A stretch of 63,717 nucleotides of DNA, the filler included, from Atractiella rhizophila (Eukaryota): NCBI GenBank assembly GCA_021432655.1. It is 6 parts of 6 records of this genome, joined end to end, with 100 filler letters (N's around TTAATTAATTAA, not from the genome) between each part and the next. Parts side by side here need not be neighbours in the genome. Positions count along the whole stretch, not along the records: positions 13,941 to 27,773 come from MU271969.1; positions 27,874 to 34,801 come from MU271970.1; positions 34,902 to 48,675 come from MU271971.1; 3 more parts are not named here. The stretch is one strand, 5' to 3'. Shown one piece after another: positions 23,446-36,797 of this stretch. The position numbers and the translations under genes were made by a program. The stretch's first letter is position 1; every line of letters starts with the position of its first letter. The notes below the pieces were generated by a model, which was given only the letters and a program-made list of their open reading frames with translations, did not search any database and was not told where the DNA came from.

Positions 23446-24681
23446 ACCCGTCGAATCCTCAACGTTCGGTTCGGATAGAGTTTCGCTGGCCTGTGCACAG
23501 GCCTGTCGTGTTGTTGCGACTATTGTGCATTCTGGTAGTTGAAGGAATTGTTGTACCACCTTGAGGAACTGAAAAATAAAGTTCCTTAACATCCACGGAG
23601 CTGGAGGCAGCTTCTAACGAAAGTGTCTTAAATGTCATGTGATTATTACCACGTTTCCTACCTTCCCTAAGTTTTACTCAATACAACCCTGACACTACAG
23701 CTATGCGTAATGACACTCTGCTCGACGCAGCTGATAACCGAAGAACAAACTCAAACTTGTTGTGCAAGCTTAGTCGCCCGTAGTTGTCGCCAGAACCTGT
23801 CTGCTTGACAATTGAGTAATATTGAGTGCCTGCTTACATTATCAACTCTGAGTCGGATGAAGATGCCCGGAGGTTTGTGTCGACTGGCGGGGCTGAGAGC
23901 GGAAGTAAGTGCGAGGTAGTTACGTTTGTCTGACTCTTGCAAACTCAGAGCATCAAGAAGTGAAATTGCATGTGTCTGTAAGGCCATAGCTGTGGCATGC
24001 TGACGACCAGAAGTGCTGAATCATTCAAGAAAAATAAAGAATTTTGTGACCGAGTCGTCGGATTAGGAGTTATCTCAAATCAAGAAGATGTTCATGTGTT
24101 TGTTTCCTGGGAGCATCCAAGCAGCTGAAGAGAGGTATTCCGAGGGCCCGGAGGACGATTCTCAGTTTTCGCAAAATTTGTGACTGCCCGTAGGGCAGAT
24201 CTGCTTTTCGATTTCCGCTGGTGAGGAGCGTATGTGGCTCTGTAGTGGATCCAGAATTGAGGTAGAGGCAGACAGACTGACAGTACTCCATCTTTTAATA
24301 CAGGGTACACTGGAAAGCGTGTGCTCATCTTCATTCTGCTAGCCCAAACTCGCCCGCCACCGCAGTCCTCTCATGTAAGAGAGCCTTGACAGGTCCCTCC
24401 GAGTCAGCCAACCAGCTAGTCTGGTGGAAGAAGTCAGGAAGGTAGTGAAAGCAAGGTTGGAAGGGAATTAAACTGAGTGGAAAGAATCCGAAAGAACGGG
24501 TTGGGAGGGGAAAGTAGAAGGGGAAGGAAACCCAGCTGCATTCGGTGTCCTTCGCTCCAACACCCAGTGGCGTACGTATGTAGAATAGAAAGCGCTCGTG
24601 ATTCCATAATCGTCATCTTAAGGTATAATGTACACTAGAATCCAAAACCTGTGCTGCTTTCCTGTCGGTCTACCCCAGCGA

Positions 24682-25380
24682 TCACCTCAAAGCCCTCACG
24701 AAGTTATGCCAGATGTCTCGAATTTGCCCGTGAGAAATTATGGCTACAGCTATCGCCCAACCACAGGCGATACAAGGAACAAGCATGAGGATCCATTTGT
24801 GCTGTTTCTTGAACTGCTTGCTGATGCAACCGAAGGTGACGATGCAGAAGACGATGCAGACGGCGAGCCAAAGGACTATATGTCTAGTCCTTCCTTGACT
24901 ATCTGTCACATTGTCATATCTCGATGAGCCAGCAAGAAAGCAAATATTAATTCGTAGCGTACCAGCACGACGTGAGTTGACATCGGACCAGGCGAATGTA
25001 AAAATGATAACGATAAAGGCTACGAAGACCCATGCATATTGGTCGGGATCTTGATCATCTTTCTCCTTCGTGGACATTGGCAGCAGGCATGTTAAGATCA
25101 CGCATAGGACTGCTAACAACAGTTTTGGAGCCAAAGGTTTGTAACGCTGACAACATGCCCGTCAGAATTCGTCCTTTGATGGAAAGAAGCATACGGTGTC
25201 GCTCTCAGGGTCGTTTGCGGTACCGGTATTCCTTGTAGAAATCTAAATAAGGACGAAGTTGGGATAGGATTGACAAACCTAGCCACTTGAGGTCGAAACA
25301 AATCTCAGTAGAATTCCTAGCTAAGACGAAGAACTTGGGGGCTTACTGTGGGAGCCTTGAGTAGACCCTCTTAGGTGCAT
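24682..25380 (-). CDS. Uncharacterised multi-pass membrane protein, paralog B (exon limits approximate)
   Basis: LLLAVLCVILTCLLP, YAWVFVAFIVIIFTFAWSDVNS, IVLWLAVCIVFCIV, HKWILMLVPCIACGW; a GTATGC...CTGAC...CAG intron joins an upstream exon in frame. Confidence 0.6.
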
Positions 25381-27896
25381 TTGTCCGAGGCGCGTATTAG
25401 CGGAATGTTGCATAGAAGTATTTTGATAGGAAGAGATTTGAGAGGGCAGATGTGCACTGGATTGGTGGTTGTTTGGGAACGGAATGTAATGGGGAATGGG
25501 GAGGCCATAGAGTCTAGAAGGCTTTATAAGGCCCAGTGCTTCGCGGCCGGTGTGCACCTTGTAAGGCAGGGCAAGAGGAAAACTCGACGAATCGGCCGGT
25601 GGAACTTCAAGTCAATGTGTCATTTTACTATCAGACTATATAGGGCTAAGAATGCCTCTGCGCACTCACCTTAGCAGAGCAGTTTCTGTAACTGTGCTAC
25701 GCTGCACCTTGCTCCCTGCTCTCTGACAGATGCCGTGCAACGTCCCCGCGCGTCAACGTTCCATGTTGCATGAGTAACAGCAGCCTCCAGGCTTTGGCTT
25801 TCATGGGCCTATGTTCGTCTGAGAATAACGTCAGCCAAAACTCGGAAGCGATTCGGAAGTTCACATGCACAAAAGCTATTTAAGTCCGAATGCCATGGTT
25901 ACAAAGTGCGAAGTGTGCGCTTGTGGTTCCAGTTGTGGCTCTACTTCCAGTGGCTTCTCCCATTCTTGTGTTTCCGCTAGTACAGTACGCCAGAGTAGGT
26001 TTCACAATCCGGACATCGCCGTTTCAAACATTTCTCGGTCTCGGCGTTGAAACTATCATCAAGAATTCAGATGATCCCTTCTGCCCCCAAGGTGAAAACA
26101 CAAGGCCGCTCGCACACGTGACCGGAATACCAATGCCTGAAAATATTTAATCGTGTTTAATATGAAATTACACTAGTTGTACGTGCGGCCATTGGGACGC
26201 GACGTCTTGGGTCTGCTACACCATTTTCTGCTCCTATGGAGTCGTCTCCTACTGCCTACCGGGTTAGTTAAGCTCTAAGGGTCGTCCTTTGGTCTCAGGC
26301 TGATGGTCAGCTCATAGGAAGGCTTGCAATCAAACTTGACGGCGATTTGAGTCGAACTCACGATCTGCCCTGCTTTACCTATGGTGTAAGTCCTCATTGT
26401 TGATGGTACTGGTGCATTGGTAACAAAGAGGTTGGTCCCTTACGCAGACTCAAAACAAAACAGGTCTCGATGGAATCCCTCTTTAACGTCCAACGTTGTC
26501 GTTGGGATACTGACAGCAATTTTTCGCTGCCCAGCCCTCCTCTCCCTTTGGTTTTCTTCTTGGCTAGATTACGACCAATAATGTCTTTCGGTTTCTCTTG
26601 CCTGCGGTTCATATAACAGTTTCCACTCCTCAACACGGTGTGGTTCTGTTCCTGTCTCTTCGAGCTGCTTTCCATTCCATTTAGCTCACTTTCTTACAGC
26701 GGTTCCTCTTCATCAGCTTTTGTTTGCAGCCTGAGATGGTTCTATCTGGTGTTAACAGCGCTTCTATTTCATCACGCTCTTTGGATTATTTGAGTGCTCT
26801 GGTGAAAGTTTCATCACTCTCGGTTCTCGGCCTCTTGTATTTCTCTTGGTGTAGCTCTCAGTTTGTCCACTCCGTAATCATAATCGTCCTCGTACAACGC
26901 TATTCGTTTGCTCAAAAGGTCGCACGTCCAAAAGCTTCAAAGATGTACAAATACATAGGCATAATACTGGCAAAGATAAATTAAGGAAAACCAATTATTT
27001 CAACCAATTCTCTCCCTGCTTCCTCTTGAGTGTCCTCCTGCTCCCACTCCAACATCCTTATTATGAAGCACGACGGGTTTTTAGCATGACTCACGCATGT
27101 ACTTTTGAGCACTTCACTGACCACCCATGCCACAACAACCCTGCCAGAAATCTGAGCATACCATCAGAATACGCGTGTCGGCGCCTTTCGAGCCGTATAC
27201 AGCAAAGCCTACTTGAAAGACGAAAAAAAATTGTGTTCCACCTTGGGGAGTCCAAATCGTCAGGAGCAGCAAAGGTTTTCTTGACCTCCGTCGGTCCTTC
27301 GCTCAATACCAGGTTCAAGACATTAAATTATGTCCGCGTTGTGATGGTTGGAGTTTGCAAATTTGGGCTTCAGATCCCTCACTCTTACACTCTTCTGTCC
27401 AGGATTTGAAGTCCTTCAAGTTGTTTCGATAAATTGTTGGCGCTCAGCTGATGCCATTCAGTGCTTATTACTCAATTCTTGCTCCCACATGAGTTTTGTT
27501 TGCGAGCTGGCTGGTGCTCAGTTGGGAAGGGTACAAAAAGAAGCAGAGCAGCCCGTTTGGTAGTGAGACTCAAGATCTTGAGCTGAATAGAGATTGTAAA
27601 TTATATGTACTTTTAGGACTGACCAGTGATTATAAATTATGCACAAACCTCATCCACCCAACGAAAACGATCAAATCAACTTGCCTTCCATCCTCGCCGT
27701 CCTCCTCTCTCTCCTAACTCTATCCCTCTTCTTCTTCCTCATGTTCTCCCTCCTCTTCCCAAACCTACTAATANNNNNNNNNNNNNNNNNNNNNNNNNNN
27801 NNNNNNNNNNNNNNNNNTTAATTAATTAANNNNNNNNNNNNNNNNNNNNNNNNNNNNNNNNNNNNNNNNNNNNCCTTCAACTTACGACATATCTAG

Positions 27897-28877
27897 CTGT
27901 TATATCTGTACAGATGGGAGGCAATTTGTCGGCAACCGAGGCAAGCAAGTGTGGACAACCTGGACTGAGTACGAAAGCAGGAACATCACTCACGACCTAG
28001 TGCCAGATGAATGGGATCCGAGGATTGTGAGGGTTATAGCCAGCCAAAGGGTGGCGATTGGGCAGACTCGTACGCTTGCTCAATGTTCAACAATTCAAGT
28101 ATTAACGAAAGGATAGCCATAATCGTGAAAGGAAAAACTGGCACCATCATCTGGGACTGCACCAGTTACATCTCGCTGCCTACATTGCAGAAAATTAAGG
28201 AAGAATATCCAAATTTGCTGGGAATATTCATTTCTCATCCTCATTTCTTCAGCTCCAGCGTGACCATTGCGCATCATCTGGGATGCAAAGTGTACATCAG
28301 CAAGGTTGACCAAGAGTGGTTTGCGCGCAAGGACGCGGTTGCCGATGTGGTCCAGCTGGTTGAAGAGCAATATTGGAAGGTGAATGATGAGTTCACAATG
28401 GTCCGCTGTGGGGGTATGTCTCTCCATTCGAAGGCAAAAGGAAAACTAAGACAATATCAGGTCATTTCCCGGGGTAAGCATAATGATGCCCGCATGTGCA
28501 AGACATGACCATATTTCGGCGGAAAGGTCATCTGTGATGCTATGGGACCGCTCAAAATGCCCTTCAGAATCGCTCCCGCATTCAGGAATTATCTTTGTAG
28601 GTGACACCGTGATGGTATGCCCCAATCTGCAACAGTTAAGCTTCATGTGGAGTTATCCTAACATGGTGCGCATTCCTGTTCCGTCCACCCAGGTCGTCTC
28701 TGAGTAAATGCTCAGCTTCCTCTTCCACCGAAAGAAGTCCACGGTGTCTGGCGTGCCCTCTCTCGCATCGATTTTGAAGCAATCTACGTTGCTTGGCCGG
28801 GAACAGAGTTACTGGAGATGAGTCGAAATGGGCTGGTGTTTCTGTGCTATTTTATTGTACTGACTAAACTACTATGA
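27897..28877 (+). CDS. Metallo-beta-lactamase-fold hydrolase (YmaE-like), 5' end lost at contig edge, 3' end uncertain
   Basis: CYICTDGRQFVG, QVWTT, PKVAIGQT, IIWDC, IFISHPHFFSS, CGGHFPG, FVGDT, SFMWSYPNM|LPLPP. Confidence 0.85.
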
Positions 28878-28967
28878 GCCTTTTCCAACATGTGTGCGTG
28901 GTGCGTCTCAAAAAGAGATTGGGTTGTCGTTGTTCGTCTTATTGAGTCTTTGGTTGCTTTGTTCCAC

Positions 28968-31900
28968 TCATACACGTTTCCTCTTGCTATCGCGTTTCAT
29001 TCTCTTCACTTTCGCAGCGGGAAGGTGGGTAAAATGACTTCGATCAGTTCGAGCGAGCTGCTAGCTTCCGAGAACGTTTTCAGAGTCCGTAAACAACTAC
29101 GGGAGTTGCCGAAACTCGTAGGAGTCAGCAAAGACGAGATAGGTGTCAAAGCGAATTCAACTCGTTAATGCTTCTTCTCTGTCTTTCATTGTTTGGGTAC
29201 TAGCGCAAGATCAAAAACTTGAAGGCACTGAAATCGGAGGTTTGAAACACTGCAAAGAAGTGGGTCAACGAGATAAGACTGCCTCTTGGTTCACGTCTTA
29301 AGCCGCGTCTCGAGTCGCTTAAGAACGTAGTTAAGATAGGAGGTGTTTGTGAAGACGCAATAAAGCAGAAAGAGTTTCGTCGCTCCTTGTGTATGGAACT
29401 TCCCGGTGGAAAAGAAGAAGAAGAAGGGATTCCTTAGAACAACTTTTGCACAAGCACAGCTTTCAGACTATGAAGAGTACGTTCAACTGCTCCTGCGCTA
29501 CAAACGAGTGCGAGCGATTCGGACTTCCTCTGCAAGAGAGCAGTCCTGAAACTATGGCTCCGCCTCATTCCGAAAGTCCTCTCCCGGAGACTTATAGACG
29601 AACGTAGCGCAGCAAAACGTACCCTGCGTCCTCTAAATTACATAAAGCTGCGCAGAGATTCGCCGGCCTTTTTTTCAGTCCACTTTCCGCCAAGGCGTCG
29701 TCGTTGCCTACGTACTCTGCTAACTACGCTGGTACAGGAGGTCGTCAGGAGTCGTGCCTTGCGTTGTACGATGGAAGCAAAACGAGCGTCTTAAGCTGCA
29801 ACTAGCACCGTGCTGAGAGCTCGTGGTTAAAGGTACAGGTTGGCCGCATTTGCTCGTTTGAGACCGCCTCGACTACAACGGACTCCCTCGCGTCTTGTCT
29901 TCGCTTCTGACCTGACAAAAGATGGAGTTAAGGCAGTGAGTTGAGTCCCGCAGCCTGGGGAGATCCGATCTACTTTCAGGATTATCGAACTTTCTCCTCA
30001 CCCTTTCTCTAGGGTCCGAGTACATAACGGAATCAAACTACGCCTTATTTGGGCTAGTTTTATAGTTCTCCAAGCAGATGAAACACGAAAAGTCTACATA
30101 CGCTTAAAACCCTACTATCTCCTCGTTTAATATTTCGGTACCGTCACACGAGTATAATGGGAATGTAGGTGTAGACCTTCCAATCGAGAGGTCAGCAAAG
30201 AAACGTTTCGACTGTTCCCTCGTCGGTTAGAATGAAGAACGGGAGCTTTCGATGAAGAGGTTAGGAAGTTATAGCCAAGAGAGAAGGGAGATATTACGCT
30301 ATTTGCCGTACCTACAGAGCCGGGAAGGTGTCAACAGCGCCCTACTCTTTTATCAGAACTTCAAGTCGCTTGCAGCCCTAGAGAAGCTTCTTTTCAAAAG
30401 CCGCGTCCTCCTTCCCGGAATGCCAGGGCGACAACCTGAACCTGAGCATATGGCTCCTTTACCTTTGCCGCGGCTACAGCCGAGGAGTTACGTAGCAAGT
30501 CTTAGAAGTTGGAGCGAGTGCCGAAGTAACTTTTCGTGGAGAAGGGCTGGAGGTAAGTTTGTAGCCGGCAGCCTGCGTAGCAAGTGTCTTCTGGAGCAAA
30601 GAAGTAGATGGCACGTCGTGTAGTTGGCGGTAGTGAGCTCTGGCAGCCACCCTTGCGAGAGCCTAGAAAGCGTAGTAAGCAGTCTTAGTCTACTCGTTCT
30701 TCAAAACTCTCGTCATTGACCGTTAAGATTCCGGCCCGTACAGTTACCTTCCGGCTAATGCTAAGAGGTCAGAGCACAGTTGCGCTGATCACCCTGGGTC
30801 TTCTTTGGGTTTCTGTGGGTGCAAAAACTCAGCTTCGACTTCAAACCTCCGTAACTTGACGGCCAGGCTTATGGCGAACGTTGTAAACTACTCCTCCAAC
30901 CTCTACACGCATCAGGCGAGTACGGAGACAAACGAAACCTTGTACCGACTCTTCACTCTATCATGAAGAACTAGTTCGACTATGTTTGCAAGCGCTTAAG
31001 GGGAGGCGGACGACGAGGATACGAAGTGGGAGTGGAAGTAAGAAGGCCTGCCCTATGAGTAGGGTAGCACGATGATAAATTACGATAGTAATGCCTCTTC
31101 GCCCATTAAAAGAATCCAGTGGTTTGATCGAGGCCAGTTCAGCGGTTGTACCATGTACGTCGAACGCGCGATCCAAGTCCTACGCCCTGTCAGAACTTCC
31201 CCCACTGCCCCGCATCAAAGGGGATACGGTTAGAACTCTCAAATTCAATAGACTTCTTACACATGCATAGGGAGAATTGGGACGTGTCAGTTAAGAATCT
31301 CTTCGAAGTCGGGACCGAAGTAGCGACCGCAACACTTAGGTTATAAGCTTATATTATGGAGTCTTACCCTAGAAGAGAAGTTGTAGCTATGACCGTTTCA
31401 GGACTAGAGATTTCTATAGTGTAATGGGTGACCGTGAAGGTGGTGCTTACTACCGAGAAGCTGGCTGCCACTGTAACCTGCATTAGGGGAGGGGTCGCGT
31501 TGGCCATTAGATCGGCCCTTCCTGAGGATGCTGCGGCGAAAGTACCTACTCTAGTGCTGACGTTATAGACGAGTGAAGCCTCTCGTTCAGTAACGGCGGT
31601 CCAAATGCCTTATAGAAGTCTCCTAATATTCCAATCGTAGTTTCATGCTCCTCCTTTTCTTACCTTTATGCTGATAACCCATATGCAGCTCTCCACACTA
31701 CCCAGTCTTGTGTGAACCCTCGCCAGAAGAGTGACGGCTACCCTCGTGTCGCTTACGTACCTCGTCCCTCCACCTTCGATTACGGCCCGCGTATCTCCCA
31801 ACCTCCCGTTGGTTCTCAATAGCATAGACCGCGCTCCAGTCAGAAAAAATGGGGACAAAACCTTCGTACAACTCTTGGCCATTCCTAAAGCGTTTTATGG

Positions 31901-32600
31901 AACTCTTATTCGGGTAGGTTCCTAAGCTGGAGACCATGGTTGAGTGCGCCTAGGCTAACCCTGCCTTCGAAGGCGGTTCACTCTGCAATATGTAAAGTGC
32001 TCGCGACCGCGTCTTGTGCTCTTGACTACTGGTTTATTGTCTCCATTCGTGGCAGGGAAGCAGACTCATGTCCTGACTGCACAGAAGGTCGATGACAGCT
32101 ACTGTGGAAGGGTAGTCCCTCCCAACAATGGTAATCGTAAGCCAGATAAGGTGTTGCGGCTCCTGCAAGCATTGTTGAAGCAACTCGAAAAACTGTTGTA
32201 ATTATCATCAGGACACGCAATAAAAGGAAGCTGAGAGACAACTTACGACTTTCCATGACACTGGTTATCTGCCCCGCCTTCAAGTATGTTAGGTACTTGT
32301 GAAAGGTAGCTTACCGCATAGTTGCTGATAGCGTTCTCGCTCTTCGTCGCAACTTCCCATAGCGCTAACTCATGTTAGGTCAGGGCTAAAGACACGGCGA
32401 CTCGTGCGGCTGTAATTTTCAAAGCTGCCAGAGTTGCAACGGGTTACCGCCGCCTTGGATGTACGACCGGTCGGGTCGATGACTTATAGGAGGAGGTAAT
32501 GGATGGTGCTGTCGTTACGTCAAGCCATGAGGAACTTTGTTGAAAAACAGTCCAGAACCCTAAATAGAAAACCCTACTGAAGTTGACGATCAAAACCACA
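28968..32600 (-). pseudogene. Heavily mutated long reading frame of unknown family (probable TE or foreign-DNA relic)
   Basis: By hand, one minus-strand frame from ~30300 to 28968 reads as protein-like text with scattered stops and ends AAKVKRMKRDSKRKRV*. The region is TpA-rich and retains CpG. No domain recognised. Confidence 0.35.
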
Positions 32601-32957
32601 ACATAAAGTTACAACCTTTTTAATCCAGTCAGAGTGATAACTTAACCAATCGACTGGTTGGTGATGGTGAAAACGCAGATCAAAGCAGGGAGGGACGGGT
32701 ACCGACAAAATGGAGCAAAAAGTAAAAATATTGACGTGACAAAGTTAGACTGGACAACATTTTAAGCGTATCCTTTAGTTAACAACTATGGAGAGTTTTT
32801 AGTAACCATGTCACAAGGGCAGTAGTTTCAAACGAAAAGAGCAGGACAAGTAGGGTTAGCTTTGACAGGTGCAGAGGTGGGAGGTAAACTTATTTGGAGA
32901 AGCGCGACAGTATCCGTTAGGAGAAAGGAGGCNNNNNNNNNNNNNNNNNNNNNNNNN

Positions 32958-34072
32958 CCTTGGCTCTTAAGGCCAGCCCAAATTTCAGGCGAATGGAAAG
33001 CTGGGGATCTAAGTAAAGCCATCCGTTCAGAATACATCTCACGAAAGATTAGGGATACGAACCCGCAACAGGTCGACAGCTTTTTCTTGCTTTTCGAATA
33101 ATGAGTTGCGAGTCCGAAATCAAGGAGGACCACTCTGAGGGACTTCGGGTGTATGAGAATATTCTCAGGCTTGATGTCTCGATGACAGACAGATATAGGA
33201 GAGTGGAGGGCGTTCTTGACGACGTGGGTGAGTTGGAAAAGAACACTGTAGGCGATCGATGTGGGAATGGTGTTGGAAGGATAGCGAGCACAGAAGGCCT
33301 CCAATGTCAAGTATCCATTCAGGTACTCCTCTAAAATGGTATAAACCAAATATCTAGAAAGAACGGTAAAATACACACCGACAAGGTAGAAATGTCCAGG
33401 AGTCCGAATGGTCTCGAAAACGCGAATGAGGTTTGGGTGCTGTGGAAGCTCAGCCAAAACGTCAGGTTCTCGTAGCAGTCGCGTTGCAATCAAAGGATGG
33501 TGGGGATGCAAAGGTGTATGCTTGATGGCGTACTATATAGAAAGGATATCAGCTTTCTCAACAGTGTCTGGAGAAGACTTGTGCCTAACCTTTTGCCCAT
33601 TTTTTATTGCCAGTCGAACTTCGCTGAACTTTCCCTTTCCAACCAACCCATCCGGCCGTTTCCCATCCCTAACAGGGACAAAGGTATAGTCGCCAATACC
33701 ACCGTATCCTGATTTGCTGAGCAACAATCCGTCCAATTCCTCCAAAGGAGTCGTCGACAAAGGTTCTTCCACCTGCCAAGAGATGATGTCCTCCGCTGTT
33801 GCTGCATCACAAACAAAAGTCTGCTTCACCCCTCGAGAGCTGTAACTAGCCGAATTGATGGATCCACTCCGGCTCCGACTGGTAGTCGTCAAAGGCAGAA
33901 CTTCGATCGTCGGCCTCGACTTTCCCAAGTTGCCTGAGACGTGACGCGGTCTCGAGCAGCCATCGCGACGAGAAACATTATACCCCCGAGGCATCATATT
34001 TTCCATAGTCTCTCTTGAGGTCGAAGCCCTTGGAGGGAGTTCAGCGAGGGAGGATTCGAGGGATTTTGACAT
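32958..34072 (-). CDS. Ser/Thr protein kinase (CAMK group, SNF1/MARK-like); C-lobe not visible beyond the N gap
   Basis: VGKGKFSEV, YAIK, REPDVL, HPNLIRVFE, HRDIKPENILI, LLDFGLA, STCCG|SPAFHSPE. Confidence 0.88.
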
Positions 34073-34393
34073 GTTGACGATAACTTGTCACCGTGACCAG
34101 AGCGTGTTTCGCTGCGCGATTATTCCCTTTCCGTGCTCTCTTTTCGCTAGCCCAGTGGTTCGTGAGTATGTTGAGTCGTTTATAGCGTTAAATAGGCGCC
34201 CAAGGTGGCAGAAGTGAAAAAATCGTACAAAGAAAAGAGGAAGCTGAAGTCGTCAACGGATCCTGGATAAATTACGCGCAAATAGAGTTTGTGACTGGGA
34301 TCCCGTGAATTCGTGACCCTGACCCTAAAAGCACGGCAACTCAAAACAACGGTGGAACGTGCCTCGTTGAGCAGACATTTTCTGAGCTTCACA

Positions 34394-34801
34394 ATGTCTA
34401 CTCAGCCTCTTCTTCAGCGTCAAAATAATAAGCGTATCGCTCTCCCAGTCCGTGTGGAGCCAAAAGGTGATTTTGTCTGTCGTAGAGTGGAGTTGCTGAC
34501 ACTTGGACCAGTTTTCTTTGCAAATGAGCGCACTTATCTTTCATGGCTTAATTTTTCTGTCATTTTAGGAGGTTCTAAACCGCCTTTTATTCGACGATAC
34601 AATGCTGAAAGGTTCTTTGGCTCAGGTCTGGCAGTGGGGCTCTTAAACTTTGGAGACAAAGTCGGAAAGATCAGCGCCGCTCTCTTCGGTATCATTGCTA
34701 TGGCCATAATGGTTTATGCGTGCGTCCTCTTTTATTTGGAAAGGTTTGGGTACAAACTGTGAAGCAGGTTGGTTACGTATCATTGGAGAGCAAATGCCAT
34801 T
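34394..34801 (+). CDS. VTC1: Vacuolar transporter chaperone 1, cut by contig end
   Basis: [27 protein letters not shown] ... [14 protein letters not shown] ... TYHWRANAI, with three short introns. Confidence 0.96.
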
Positions 34802-35358
34802 NNNNNNNNNNNNNNNNNNNNNNNNNNNNNNNNNNNNNNNNNNNNTTAATTAATTAANNNNNNNNNNNNNNNNNNNNNNNNNNNNNNNNNNNNNNNNNNN
34901 NCAGTTCAATGCAAAAGCCGGAGTCGAAATACTCATCACGTAAAGGCGGAGCTTGTTGCTCGCCACACTTTTTAACCAGTAGTATGACGGTCGACAACAA
35001 GGGGAAGTATGTTGTCATTCCTATTCATAGCGTTAAGTTACAGTTCTTATTCGTGAAAGGCAAACGAATATCAGGACTGCGATTTGCTTATGCCAATGCC
35101 TGGCCACTGAACATTGTTACAATATTGCTGCAAGTACAAGGATTTCATTCCTTTACATAAATAGGAAGCTCGAACACGAAAGATCATTGCTAGCACGGCA
35201 ATAACACTCATCGCAACTTCAAATCCACACTCCAACCTCAAACTTGTATTAAGTTGTCACCTCGCTAACTCATTGTGCGAACCTGAGGGGGTTGTGCATT
35301 CCCTCTAAATGTGATCGGAGTCAGGTCCAATCCAGCTGTTTTCTCCATCCACACCACT

Positions 35359-36622
35359 ATGGAGCGTCGCACATACACAGTTGGTGTTCTAGGGGCCACA
35401 GGTGGGTCCATTTCGTACCTCGCTTTGGGAATTGAACTAACTGCACGAACAGGCACTGTAGGTCAGAAATTCATACTCCTCCTCGCAGGCCACCCATTCT
35501 TCAGCTTGACTACTCTTGGAGCGTCACCAAGATCCGCAAATCAACAATATAAGGCAGCGGTCAAGTGGAAACAGTCTGATGCCATACCAGAAAGCGTGCA
35601 AAAAATTGTGCTGGTAGAATGCACACCAGACAACTTCAAAGGTTGCGACCTAGTTTTTTCAGGTTTAGACAGTTCCGTAGCGGGGGAAATTGGTAGGTCG
35701 TCTCGTGCCATGATTGATTGCAAAACTAATCTGCTGACTCCCAAGAGGGATCATTTCGGGACAGCAATATCATGGTCTTTTCAAACTCGAAGAACTATCG
35801 TCGGGATCCTCTAGTTCCTCTGATGGTGCCCCTCGTTAATCCTTCACATCTTTCACTGTTACGCGCGCAAAAGTCTGCTCTCGGACTCTCGAAAGGCTGT
35901 ATTCTCACCAATGCCAACTGTTCCACGACTGGTCTTGTTATTCCACTTGCGGCCCTCGAAGAGAGCTTTGGTCCGATATCTCGAGTGGCAGTTACTACTC
36001 TCCAGGCGATTAGCGGGGCAGGTTATCCTGGAGTTCCCAGCTTGGATATACACGATAACGTTGTACCTTACATCGAAGGTGAGGAGGAAAAGATGGAATG
36101 GGAGACTCGGAAGATACTGGGTTCCCTATCACCTCAAGGCTCAACTCTCCTGCGTGGGGATGGCGATTCCCCCGAAATACGTGTTTCTGCATCATGCAAT
36201 CGGGTGCCTGTGCTTGAAGGGCACACTCTTTGTGTATCTGTCGAGTTTTCAAGACGACCGCCTCCATCTCCTGAACAAGTTAGCACGGCATTAGGAAAAT
36301 GGTCTTCTCCAGCTCACCAAACGAAGAGTAGGCCACCATCACTTCCGGAGCAAGCGATATTTGTGCATGGAGAAGACGAACCTGATCGCCCTCAACCGAG
36401 GTTAGACAGAAATTTCCAGCGAGGAGCAGGTGTCAGCGTCGGCAGAATTAGGAGGTGTAACGTCTTTGACATCAAGTTTGTGGTGCTCGCCAACAATGTA
36501 GCCATTGGCGCGGCAACAAGCTCAATCATCAACGTAAGCTGTGCTTCAAGTTTCTCACAGATCATGCGACTGAGCAAACACGCTAGGCCGAAATTGCAGT
36601 TCAGCAAGGTTACTTTTCATAG
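35359..36622 (+). CDS. HOM2: Aspartate-semialdehyde dehydrogenase
   Basis: VGVLGATG(T)VGQKF, LGASPRSA, VFSGLD, VFSNSKNYRRDPLVPL, NANCSTTG, LQAISGAGYPGV, EEEKMEWET, CNRVPVLEGH, RPQPRLDR, GAATSSIIN|AE. Confidence 0.97.
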
Positions 36623-36797
36623 AAACTGAGAAATGTGCATAAGTCTGTAAACAGTAATGTATGTAATGCAAGATATACAACATCACGCTGCAGATCAATT
36701 ACTGACCCCTTCTAACTAAACTCGATAATCGAACGGCACTTATATGACCCATCTGCAACGAGGCTGGAAAAGAATACACCATTAGAGAGACTTCCGG

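Noticed and set aside
23450..24620. Possible minus-strand multi-exon hypothetical gene
   Set aside because: I could not build a consistent exon chain or recognise a domain.
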